NCBI RefSeq assembly: GCF_000400465.1
Contig: NW_008806280.1
Coordinates: forward strand, 20,001 to 268,000
Direction: 5' to 3'
Length of the DNA stretch: 248,000 nucleotides
Source: Wallemia ichthyophaga EXF-994
Taxonomy: Eukaryota > Fungi > Basidiomycota
Below the pieces are notes generated by a model. The model saw only the letters and a list, made by a program, of their open reading frames with translations. It was not told the origin of the DNA and did no database searches. Position numbers and translations under genes: made by a program. Each line of letters opens with the position of its first letter. The first letter of the stretch is position 1. Of this stretch, positions 45,101 through 55,559 are shown piece after piece.

Positions 45101-45870
45101 CGTTCCACCAGTCTCCAGTGCCAAGAGACACCAGCGGTATATATACTCGCGCACAATAACAACAACAGCCAATAGCTGGTGTGCTATTGTTGGATATGCA
45201 CTTAACAGTCATCATAGGGATATCGATGAGCAGGCAATAACCAAAACACTTCTTGCGGTTAAGTCGAAACTTCGGAAAAGTAAAGCTAGACAGGATTTTG
45301 CAGCTTTCGAATTCAGCTTAAGGGGTAGATGGCCTAGAGCGAGGTATGAAGCATTGCTTAATGTGCAACTAGATTTAGTAGAGCTGCTGTCGCAATTCAT
45401 GGCTGTTGCGAAAGAGTTAGACCCGCTGTGGATGCAGTGCGTGATGAGTCGGAGCAGATATAACGATCATAGATTTGTGGGTGGTGATTTACAATTTGAA
45501 TCTTTAGCTGACAATGATACAATACAGGTCGGCGATGTCTTGGCTTGTTTCGAAATGTGCGCTACGAGTATCAAGACAGGAATGCCCCTTCCTCAGATAA
45601 CACCTTGTCCGTTGGTAGATCGGGGATATTCAGCAAAATTAGGATTGGATCTTGGCGAGCACGTCCCGGATGGACTACCATCGCATGTTGATTTCAATGT
45701 TTTGAAAAGCGAGGAGTATTGGGTGGGTTTGAAGTGGGAAACAAGTCTTTTCTGACAAAATCACACCAGCTTTATTGTGTCGCCTACTCGCTATCGCAGT
45801 CTATTTTGATCCGATTGGATAGACTAATGATTTACACCAAATCGCTAGTTGGTGAGCAATTCCATATTAT
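42127..45870 (+). CDS. FUSC/aromatic-acid-exporter-like ER membrane protein
   Basis: Multi-TM N-terminus; FALKTA; WDLAWKR; EFSLRGRWP. Confidence 0.7.
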
Positions 45871-46077
45871 GTTAGATGTTTAGACGGGAGGTTTAATTTA
45901 GTCTCGATAGTTGTATTTTTAAGGATTTATGTAAAGCATTGTTAATATCATCTACGTTAGATTGATTGGTTGTGTTTGAGTTTTGCTCACGTTTCATAAT
46001 TCAGACAATCAAAGAGTAAAATCACAAAAGCAGCAGTAATAGCCCAACGAAAAGGTGTATGGAAACGTTACATGAAT

Positions 46078-46749
46078 CTAGTAAACGTAACCGAGGATCT
46101 TACCACCAGTGTGCTTACGTCTGGCCTCCTCGTGGTCGACGATGCCGGAAGAGGTAGTAAGAATGATCTTACCGAATGAACGAGCTGGAAGGAGCATAGC
46201 AACCCAGTTCTCGATTTGAGAGAGTTGTACGTTGAATCTTGGGGAGATAACACCGCACTTGTTCAAACGACCGTTGAGTTGAACGACGACCTTTCCAGAA
46301 CGGTGGTCATCGACTTCTTCAAAGTCGCCAATGTAGCCTGAGAGAGATGTGAGAAGGTGAATGAGGAAGGGAGATGGTTTGATTGGTTGTTAGGCGAATG
46401 AAAAAGAGAGTGAAAAAGTGTAATGTAGACACGTTACCGTTTCCAACGTATATGGGTGGATACGCAAGAATGTCTTTGTGTCAGTGAATATATCGACGTC
46501 TTAAAGAATGAAGGCGGGAGGAGTAGCCACAACATCAAACAGTTATAACGTCGAAAAGGAAGGATGAAAAAATTCACCTGACAACCAACCAAACCATTTC
46601 GAATAAAGCAACTCACCATGCTTTTGCATGACAGACAAGAACTTGACGACGACCTTTGAGGAAGGACGGACGAGGACTTGACGCTTTCCGCGACGCTCAG
46701 CGTTGACGATGTTGTTGAGTGCATCGTTGAGGATAGAGACACGGACCAT
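46078..46749 (-). CDS. RPS22: 40S ribosomal protein uS8 (S22/S15A)
   Basis: [22 protein letters not shown]; [20 protein letters not shown]. Confidence 0.96.
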
Positions 46750-46899
46750 TTTGTCTGATGATGGCTAGAGTCAGTAAAGTGGCTTAACCCGACGAGGTAC
46801 ACTATCAACATGCAATTGACACTCTAGTGTTCTGTCGGGTTTGAAGGGTAATTCACACCAGCCACTAGAGTGTGTTGCATATTTCCATTACTACTAACC

Positions 46900-47039
46900 T
46901 TGTGAGCGTGGGCTGGGAGCGTTAAGAGAAGCCTCGAATATTTTCTTATTTTGAGATTTCGCGCATCTCACAAAATTTAAAAAATGGGCGAGGCGGATAT
47001 CGAAATTGAGGAAAAATCGAAAGCTTTGAGTTAACCAAG
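46900..47039. promoter_or_regulatory. Very short shared (bidirectional) promoter between RPS22 and RPS17
   Basis: RPS22 5' UTR exon ends at about 46899 on minus; RPS17 ATG at 47040 on plus. Confidence 0.55.
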
Positions 47040-47695
47040 ATGGTGAGGAGAGGAAAATAGGTAGATTTGGCTGGTATTTGCAGGGAATGTGGAGGCTAGT
47101 AATATTCAAGGGTGTGGCTAGTAATTAAGCTAGTACATATTCCAGTTCAAACAATTCTTCTTCACAACGACTCAACCAGCCAAATCACCTGTACGCAATT
47201 ACTGGCACTAACACACAACTCTCCAGGGTCGCGTCCGTACAAAGACAGTCAAGCGCGCTTCTCGCGTTCTCATTGAGAAGTACTACCCAAGACTTACGCT
47301 TGACTTCCACACCAACAAGAGGATCTCTGACAGTGTAGGTAGCTTATAGATTGTGAATAACCCTCTTATTCGTTGTACAGGTCGCTGTCATTCCCTCAAA
47401 GAGACTGCGCAACAAAATTGCTGGATTCACCACCCACCTCATGAAGAGAATCCAGAAGGGTCCTGTCCGTGGTATCTCATTCAAGCTCCAAGAGGAAGAA
47501 CGTGAGCGTAAGGATCAATACGTTCCAGACGTCTCTGCTCTCGACACCACCGAGAACCCTCTCGAAGTCGACCCAGACACCAAGGACCTCATCAAGTCTC
47601 TCGGCTTCGACTCGCTCCCTGTCAACGTCGCCGCTGTCTCCTCTTACCAAGGCCCTGAGCGTCGTCAACGTCGTGCTGTTCCAGGTGCTGCTTAA
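47040..47695 (+). CDS. RPS17: 40S ribosomal protein eS17
   Basis: ATG|intron|GRVRTKTVK; [24 protein letters not shown]. Confidence 0.95.
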
Positions 47696-47789
47696 ATTCG
47701 GTTTGAGTTTGAGTTTTGAATGTAATCATGTTTTATATGTACACGCATAAACTCCAAAACAGTGTTTGCTATTAGCTTGTTTTTACCTG

Positions 47790-48076
47790 CTTCTCTAAAC
47801 TTGATATCCTCGCTTTGAGGTTGTTGATGTGGGTTATCTGCAGTAATTTGAGTACTTACATGCCACAAATTCTCCACCCCCACCTACCGTATCATCCAGC
47901 ACCGTCAGCTTGAAATCACTCGGCTTAGATTTATCGTTGTTGGTATCGTTGCTGACGAGCTGTCGCAGCTCCTCGAAACGCATATTCACTCTCAACCTAC
48001 GTCTCTTCTCGAGCTCTGAATGCTGCTGCCTGCGATGTGTTTCCTTCTCCTCCTTTGTCAATTCGTACTTTGTCAT
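47790..48076 (-). CDS. Small bHLH protein
   Basis: HSELEKRRRLRVNMRFEELRQLV. Confidence 0.75.
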
Positions 48077-48232
48077 CCACGCCTATCCGTGTCCCGTGAC
48101 AAACGTTGAAAATGTACCATGTCATTGTGTCGATGACAGGCACGTGAGCGGCGTGGGCGGTTTGAGCGGTTTAAGCGGTAGTGAAATGTGCTATAGAAAC
48201 AGTGTATATACATTATAAAATATCCGTGAATA

Positions 48233-49749
48233 TTACACAAACAACCCCGCATTAGCAACACCTACCGAGAAATCCACCACCATTATCCGCTTGTCATGTG
48301 AAGCTGTGACGATTCTCCTACTATCAAAAGCGAGGTCAAATATGAGAGAGGAGTGATGATTGACCGTGTTAGTGTATTGAATATCGCCGTCGACCTTATT
48401 AAGATTCCACACCTTAACGCAGCGATCGTAGCTGCCACTAACAATGATACGACGTGCGCTATCGATCTGCAGCGACCTCACCAACCCAGCGTGACCGACG
48501 AGGTTACACAGGTGAGTTCCATCAGTAAGCGATAGCTGTATGGTATTATCAGAAGAACCCGACGCAATGACCTCATTGTCAACATCTATACAAGCAATAC
48601 CTCTACTATGCGTATTCTCAATCCGTCTCACCAACCTACCCTCATCGAGATTCCAGACATTGATAGCCTTATCGCCCCCCGCACTAGCGAGGACGTTAGA
48701 TTTGGTGATCGAGAGGCTGTTGACGGGCGACGAGTGTGCGTGATCGAGTTGGTAGAGCAAAGTGAGGCTCTTACGTGAGTAGACACAAATACTTGAGTCT
48801 TTACTACACGAAGCGATGAAATGGTTGTTGAAGTCTACATCGAGGACTCCCGCCGTGTGGTGTGAGAGTGTACGCGCTACTTTCGCCCGCCCTAGCGTAC
48901 GTCCACTGCCCAGCTTCCATACATGTACCACCCCATCAGAGCCGGCGGACACTCCAAACGTTTTGCAGAACTTGAGACTTATCACTGAACCGTCGTGCGC
49001 ATCAGAGTACGTCGCAAGCAGTCGCAGCGTCTGCATGTCCCAGATACGTATCGATCTGTCGCGCGAACCTGACAGAATCTTCTCGTCGTCGAACGCTACT
49101 GTGTACACCTGTGTGGTTGTCAATTCACACCTGCTGACACTGCCTACTGCCTTCAACCCACGCTGTCTGTGTGCCCTTGGAGGAAATCAATCTTGGGATC
49201 AGCACCACCAAACCACCTGCGCTCTAATTGCATCCTGCATTTGAACAACTCGTACCAGTCGAGTGAGGTTGGTTTGAAAGAGAGTGGAGTGAGTGGTGTG
49301 GATGGCGTGTGTGGTGTGTGTGGTGTGTGCACTGTGTGTGCTGGTGAATCAGTTATTGATAGTGGAGTGAATTGAGTGTTTTTGTTTATTCCACTCGCAA
49401 ATGCACTTCTGTTAACGCTATTTGATCTGCTTAATCCACTTGACCTAGATAAACTACCCACTGAGCTCGATCGAGAGAGTGTAGGTGGTGTGTATGCAGG
49501 TGTAGGCGGCGGTGTATCCTTCACTTGATCAGAAAGCTCCCAACCAAATCTGTAGAACAAGTCGCGGTATATGAGATTATCACTGGCTACATCATTCCAC
49601 GATTTACAAACTAATTGGCAGTTGAGAATGTCCTCAAGGTTTATGTGTACCAGTATGTATATTGATATTTCTAGTGGCAATTCACTTATTATATCCTTGT
49701 GTACTCCAGGTATTATAGCCGACAAAATATCCATAAACTTCATCGTCAA
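48233..49749 (-). CDS. F-box/WD40 protein (beta-TrCP-like)
   Basis: LPLEISIYIL F-box; repeated GH..WD/SGS.D WD40 units. Confidence 0.88.
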
Positions 49750-49865
49750 GATGAGAATGGCTGTGATAATTACGATATAAAATTGCTATTGCATATGAAT
49801 AGAGCCGTGATAATTAGAATGAACGGTGGTAATTATATGATAATACAAGTGTCTAGAAGATTCAT

Positions 49866-50726
49866 TTATAATACATTGCTGCTCTTTTTAGCGTGCAAAT
49901 TATTTGTCGCCTGGCTAATTAGATTATTCTGGCTGCTATGAGGCGATTGGATTGGTGTTTGTAGTGGTGTTGAGCTTGTTGAGGATGTGGCTGGTGATAG
50001 TGCAGGTGTATTACTGCTACCATAGTTGAGTCTATTAAGTTTGCTTGATAATATACTTGGTGAAGAAGGTAATACTTCAGCTTCCACGCTTCTCTTCCTC
50101 CAGATATTGAATACCTTTGTGAACTTGACTATCTCTTGGGTTGTAACACGCACGTCGCAGCTGAGATATCCAAACAACTCTCTCTCCACTGCATTGACCT
50201 CCCTCTGTGAAAATATCTGTTGAGATGCTATGTACCAGCTTTGATTTGTGAATGAATCGTCGTTGAACATTTTGTTCGTGATCATGATAGCTGCTAACCA
50301 TAGCCTATGTCCTGAACTGCCTTTGGCGTTGGGGTACCTCGCCTTCAACCTCTGCAATAGGATCAACGCTGATAACGCCACCGATATATGTAACCTTGTC
50401 CTGTACAGTGCATAGTGGATGAAATCGCCGAGACTGACTATCGACTTTGATTCGGGGCATTCGAACAAACTGCTAACAAAGTTGGCTGCATCTTTTGAAA
50501 ACTCTTTTCCAGCATTGTACCTCTCCGAAGTCGAGCCAGAAACTGCAGCGGTTGAGCCATAACTAGCGGAGCAGTGTGTGTTGAAGTTATTATTTGAAAA
50601 CATTTGTTGCTTTGATGGTTCGAGTTTGAGCTTTGGAATCGATTTTGACCTTACTTTAGTCACTCGGTCTCGATGAGTCGAAACTTCCCCACCAATTTGA
50701 CAGAGATTATTGTGGCTATTTTTCAA
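49866..50726 (-). CDS. Cyclin-like protein (Pcl/Clg1 type)
   Basis: ALILLQRLK; AAIMITNKMFNDDSFTNQSW; VNAVERE. Confidence 0.8.
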   Translation of the reverse strand: MKNSHNNLCQIGGEVSTHRDRVTKVRSKSIPKLKLEPSKQQMFSNNNFNTHCSASYGSTAAVSGSTSERYNAGKEFSKDAANFVSSLFECPESKSIVSLGDFIHYALYRTRLHISVALSALILLQRLKARYPNAKGSSGHRLWLAAIMITNKMFNDDSFTNQSWYIASQQIFSQREVNAVERELFGYLSCDVRVTTQEIVKFTKVFNIWRKRSVEAEVLPSSPSILSSKLNRLNYGSSNTPALSPATSSTSSTPLQTPIQSPHSSQNNLISQATNNLHAKKSSNVL

Positions 50727-51892
50727 ATTTTTGCTTCTAATCTGGTAAATTCGGGTGTCTGCATCTTAATTAGCTTCTCCTCTTCTCTCCCCGCTCACTC
50801 CTTGTCCTCGCCGACACATTTTCTCTGCGAAAAATTTGAAAATCTCGGAGTATTTCTCGAGGTACGTGCTAGAATGGTCTGTGATGTGACAAGCGGGGAT
50901 AATTGTGCTGAGGCGGCCATTTCAGTGCACTCAAAGCACGTGCCACCCCACACCCATTTCTCGGCCGTCTCATAAATAACCTCCGACTAATCAGCTTATC
51001 CAATATCTTACACTATGCATAAATCCGCAGTTGACAAGCGTTGTAAATAATACATTATAAATCTTATATTTTTTACATTATATCTATTAAATTTATACAC
51101 GCAGCGCTATAAACGGTGTACTCCGCAATACCATAGACCATTCTACGCGCGACAGACGCACTACGCACTTTTCGCAGTCTAGTCCAATTTAATCTAGTCT
51201 ACTTGCACAGCTGTGGAGTCTCGAGTCTCGAGCATTCGACGCGCATCTGCATCTGTCTACGTGCATTGCGGTGCTGCTCTAAAATTAATAAATTGGACCG
51301 TGGACTACCTACCACCCAAGTACCTCCCAAGTATCAACCTCATGCCACCTCTCGGCTGCATCTTCTCGCCCGCGCATGCCCTCGCATGAACCTCGCATAT
51401 GCCGAAAAGAGTCTGACGACAAGTTTCACACCCGTTCAACTCCCCGGCACCGCAGCTCTGCATGATGTGTGTAATCTGCGTGACTCATTTTGTCTGCTGA
51501 CCGTCTCGTTACGTGGCATTACATTGCATTTCTCGCCTGAAACTATCCGATTTGTGCGTCGCGCGTGTCGCATTTCGCCTATCGCCTTCGCATTTCGCAT
51601 CGCCCTTGGCCCGTCGCGTATCTACCCCGCCTCAGCTGATTTGCTTCTTCGCCTTGCGTCCCCGAGACAATCACAATCACACAATTGATAACTCGGGCAA
51701 GGCGATAATGATAGTGATGGCAAGTGGCAGGTGGCTGATGGAAATACCTGGAGCACATATGACCACGTTGATTAGAAATTAAACAGCACAAAACACAACA
51801 TGTCATTCCATATGCACTATATATATTCTCTTATTTAGCGTGTACACGCTCATCCACTCCCTCACAAAAGCTCCACCGCTCCACCTCCACAC

Positions 51893-52433
51893 CTAGAAAT
51901 TGAGTGATCGCAGATAATCGGCAAGCTCCTCGACAACCTTAGTCGCTTCGCCTGGGAGTACAGGAGCGTCGTATTCCGTGACGAGGATCGCCTGTACAGT
52001 GCGCACGATAACGCATCCATTAGGCTGTAATTGTGTCAATGTGGGCCATGACGTTCATGACGTTGCCACGGCACACTCACCCCCTTCTTCCCATACACCT
52101 TCCCCTCGTCAGCCTGAAGAGTGAAGAATTTCTGTCCATTGAGCTTGATGCCTGAAGCCTGCGTGGCTTCAGAGTTGGAGAAAGACCCAATGATCGCTCT
52201 CTGCTCTTCCGGAGTGAGCTGGAGGTTGTGTTAGAATGTACATGCACACTAAACTCCCAGCCCCGATCGCTACTCACTTGGTAACCTGCACTTATCGCCC
52301 ATATCCCGCCGTTCACTCCCATGATCGCGGCTCTGGATACCTTTTGCGTGCCGACAAGATTTCCATCTACGTATTCTGCGCTGCTTCAGTTGGCTCATAA
52401 ACACTCCCCTTCACACTCACGCTGCCACGACAT
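51893..52433 (-). CDS. PFY1: Profilin
   Basis: Spliced: MSWQ..YVDGNLVGTQKVSRAAI..GIWAISAG..GQKFFTLQAD..PGEATKVVEELADYL. Confidence 0.9.
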
Positions 52434-52969
52434 TTCTACTGTGGTATATGTGGTGGTTCAACCAAACGACGCACTCCAAGTGGGCCAAATGAGTCAAAAT
52501 TTACTGTAAGCACACGATAGTATTTATGGCTGCTTGTTTTGCTCTATTTGAACCCTTCTTTGTCGCACACATCGTTTTACATGTACGTCACTCACTGCCA
52601 CTGCAACTGCAACTGCAACTGCAAAATGGACATGTCAATGTAAATTTATAAGCTTATTCGTTGTACGCAACTATTAGCCTGATCTTAACAAATTATCTCC
52701 TAGCCTCTTGACTGGGATGTTTGATTCAATCGAGTTTTGGATTTTGTCGTGTACAGCTATGACTATCACATTTTTATAGCGCGTCATTTTACTTCCAATT
52801 CTATCCTAAAATTAGTCAGCCTTAACTTTACTGTGTTAACTTCACCTACACGTGTACGTCCGTAAACCGATTTCCCAAAAAAACGAGACAGTTAATTTCG
52901 TACACCATTGAGCCTGTCGGTAGTACAATAAAAATCCTTATTCATCGAATAATATCTCAATCGTGAACT

Positions 52970-53498
52970 AACTACATTCTACTTTCCCAATCCTATAAAA
53001 AGACTACCATACTATCCAATATCGCGATGCTGTTACCGGGTTGTTATTGGTTAGACGTATTCCGCTATAACTACAATTGTGTTACAGGTCTTAATCACAC
53101 ACACATCGCGCTATTGATTCGTCAATGATCGATCATCGATCATTCACGGACAAGGATACCCACTCCGTCCCTGCCTAGCACGCTGTCTTCTTCAGCCCTC
53201 CTAATTCCGAATTTGCTTCCACTAAGCATGAAACCGTTTTGATATATTTCATCTGGGTTGCGGAATGACTTCAGGGTTTTTTCTGCTCTGTCTCGTTGAA
53301 CTGAGAAGGCGTTAACGGGTACACGTTGCTTGATCAAACGCCACCATTCGTCTCGAATCCCGGACTTGAATCCAAAGTACCTTCATACTTACTAACAATC
53401 GCTGATCTTGCTACATGCCCCGATACAGCAATAATTTGGCCTAAATATGCTAATTTGTGTTAATCGTGTTTAACTATACACTTACACTGCCACGACAT
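52970..53498 (-). pseudogene. Divergent tandem profilin paralogue with premature stop and apparent frameshift
   Basis: MSWQ start and matching intron positions; last exon RDVCVIKTCNTIVVIAEYV* followed by out-of-frame PGNSIAILDSM. Confidence 0.65.
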
Positions 53499-53539
53499 GC
53501 TTGTTTTGCGAAAATTTTCCTACAATCAAAGCGAAATTC

Positions 53540-54550
53540 ACTTAACATTGAAACTTTACGAGCAGCTGGCTGAACACTTAATTGAAAATTTCATCAGCCT
53601 CACACACCAATCTATGTACTATTTATATCGCAAAAATGTAACAAACTTATTCAATAACGCACCAATTTCTCAACCAGATCCGATACATATCCTTCAACTG
53701 TACCGATCTTTGCTTCTTCGGTGAAAAATGCGATAATATTCACGTTATCCGACGACGAAATGAGGCAAAATTCATGCTTTCCTTAAAAATAATCAGCGTT
53801 GACGTGGTATTGTTAGAAAACCCTACAGTCTGGCAAATTCCGAGCAACGTCAGCTTGAATAGATGAAGTGAAACTTCCTCTCCATTAATCTTGATAGAGC
53901 GTAATATATTTGAAAATTGAATCGATGGAAAAGTGCGTAACTAGTTTTTGATCTTCTCCACTTATTTATGCTAGTTATTAACGTATTGAGATTGCTCAAA
54001 CATCATTAAACACCTCAAATTCCGAACTGGAAGCCAATTGCCTCCATCATACTTAATAATAGTTGCATCTTTTATGAGGGAATACACGAGTTTCTCAACC
54101 TTATCCATTCCATCTTAGTCTTCGTACTAAAATCTTCAAGATACACACTAACACTACCAATCAACTCCTTCAGACATGATTGTTATTAATAATCGTCAAT
54201 GAACCAGTTGCGTGTCTCATGACGGATTAAGTTGAATTGAATAATTCAAGTTTTGAATGTGAAACTAGGTGAAACGCACCATGAATCACTCCAGTTGCAT
54301 CTCCTCGAACAACTCCTCGTATACGTCAATTGTCACAGCTAAGACAATGAACATAACCTATTCAGAGCGCAATTATACATTCATTTGCACTCTCAAATGA
54401 AACAGCGATAACTTTACAGGATATCCAACACCTACACCTCCCCGTCCGTAAAAAATTCATAAATAGATAGGTGTATCACTTTAAGCCATCGAGCCTGATT
54501 GTAGATGCCATTGTAAATTCAAAGTTGTCTTTGAATGGGATCATTGTGGA
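53540..54550 (+). pseudogene. Probable decayed gene (possibly F-box-like) in an AT-rich gene gap
   Basis: Only short broken ORFs; weak F-box-like LYEQLAEHLIENFISL. Confidence 0.3.
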
Positions 54551-54599
54551 TTTTGTTCATTTTCTATCTGATCTGAGAACAGAATCAACTTTAAACTCG

Positions 54600-55465
54600 A
54601 TTAATTGAAACAATTTTAACGTTACAAACAGGGCAATTCAAGTAGCTGCTCAAATAGCCCACTAAACACGCATAATCGTATACGTGTCCACATTGCGCTG
54701 CATACGAAACTCCGATATCGTTATTACAGCACACAGCACACCGACTAACACCATCGCCGTGCTCTTGCGTTACAGGCAGGGTTCTACGAGGTGTGAGTGT
54801 GCTCCTGCTTGTATAAACGCTGTAAACGAATTCCTGTGTTGTAATAATTCAGCATTGCACCTCACCCTGCCTTGTCGAATAGATACGCACAGTCATTACA
54901 CTCCAGACTAGCTGCCGCTGCGTGAATTCGAGGTTGATGTTGGTGACGCACCCGCTCCCCTCCACTCCCAATCCCAGCATTCTCTCGCTCAGATTCGCAT
55001 AGCGTCCACCGGCAACAAAGACAAGCCAATTCGCAAGCCCTGCTGCATCGGCCACCCTCTCTGCAACTTCCAGTAGTGACGCTAGACGGCGCTTGACGTG
55101 GTATCTAGATAGACTGCTCCAGTCCTCCACTGCCACCTTGTCCTTCAGCTTTCGGTGTGCGTATGGGATTATAACACGAGTCATGACATAGAGAAGACTG
55201 GAAATTGTGTTTAAATTAGTGTATTTGAGCAAATGCAGATCCATTCCGTATATGCTCTTGAACGCTCGCAGATATTTCCACATGTAAACACTCCGTATCA
55301 ACGTCGTTATCTCATCTGCGTTGTTCATCTCGAAACCATTGAGCTGAGTGCTAGCCAATAAAGACACTCACCCCTAACACCCTCAGCGCTTCAACCACAG
55401 GTCGACTCAGTCCTCGCACCACCTCCTCGTCTAGCTCCTGTCCATCTAATCGCTGCACCCTCATG
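54600..55465 (-). CDS. PEX2: Peroxin RING protein
   Basis: GRYANLSERMLG, INLEFTQRQLVW, Cys/His-containing C-terminal exon. Confidence 0.75.
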
Positions 55466-55559
55466 ACGCAAGTTTGAGAAACGAAATAAATGTATTTACA
55501 TTAAATTAGATGGAAATTTATTACTAGTCATAATTAAGCTAAATGAATGCCTGTTTATT

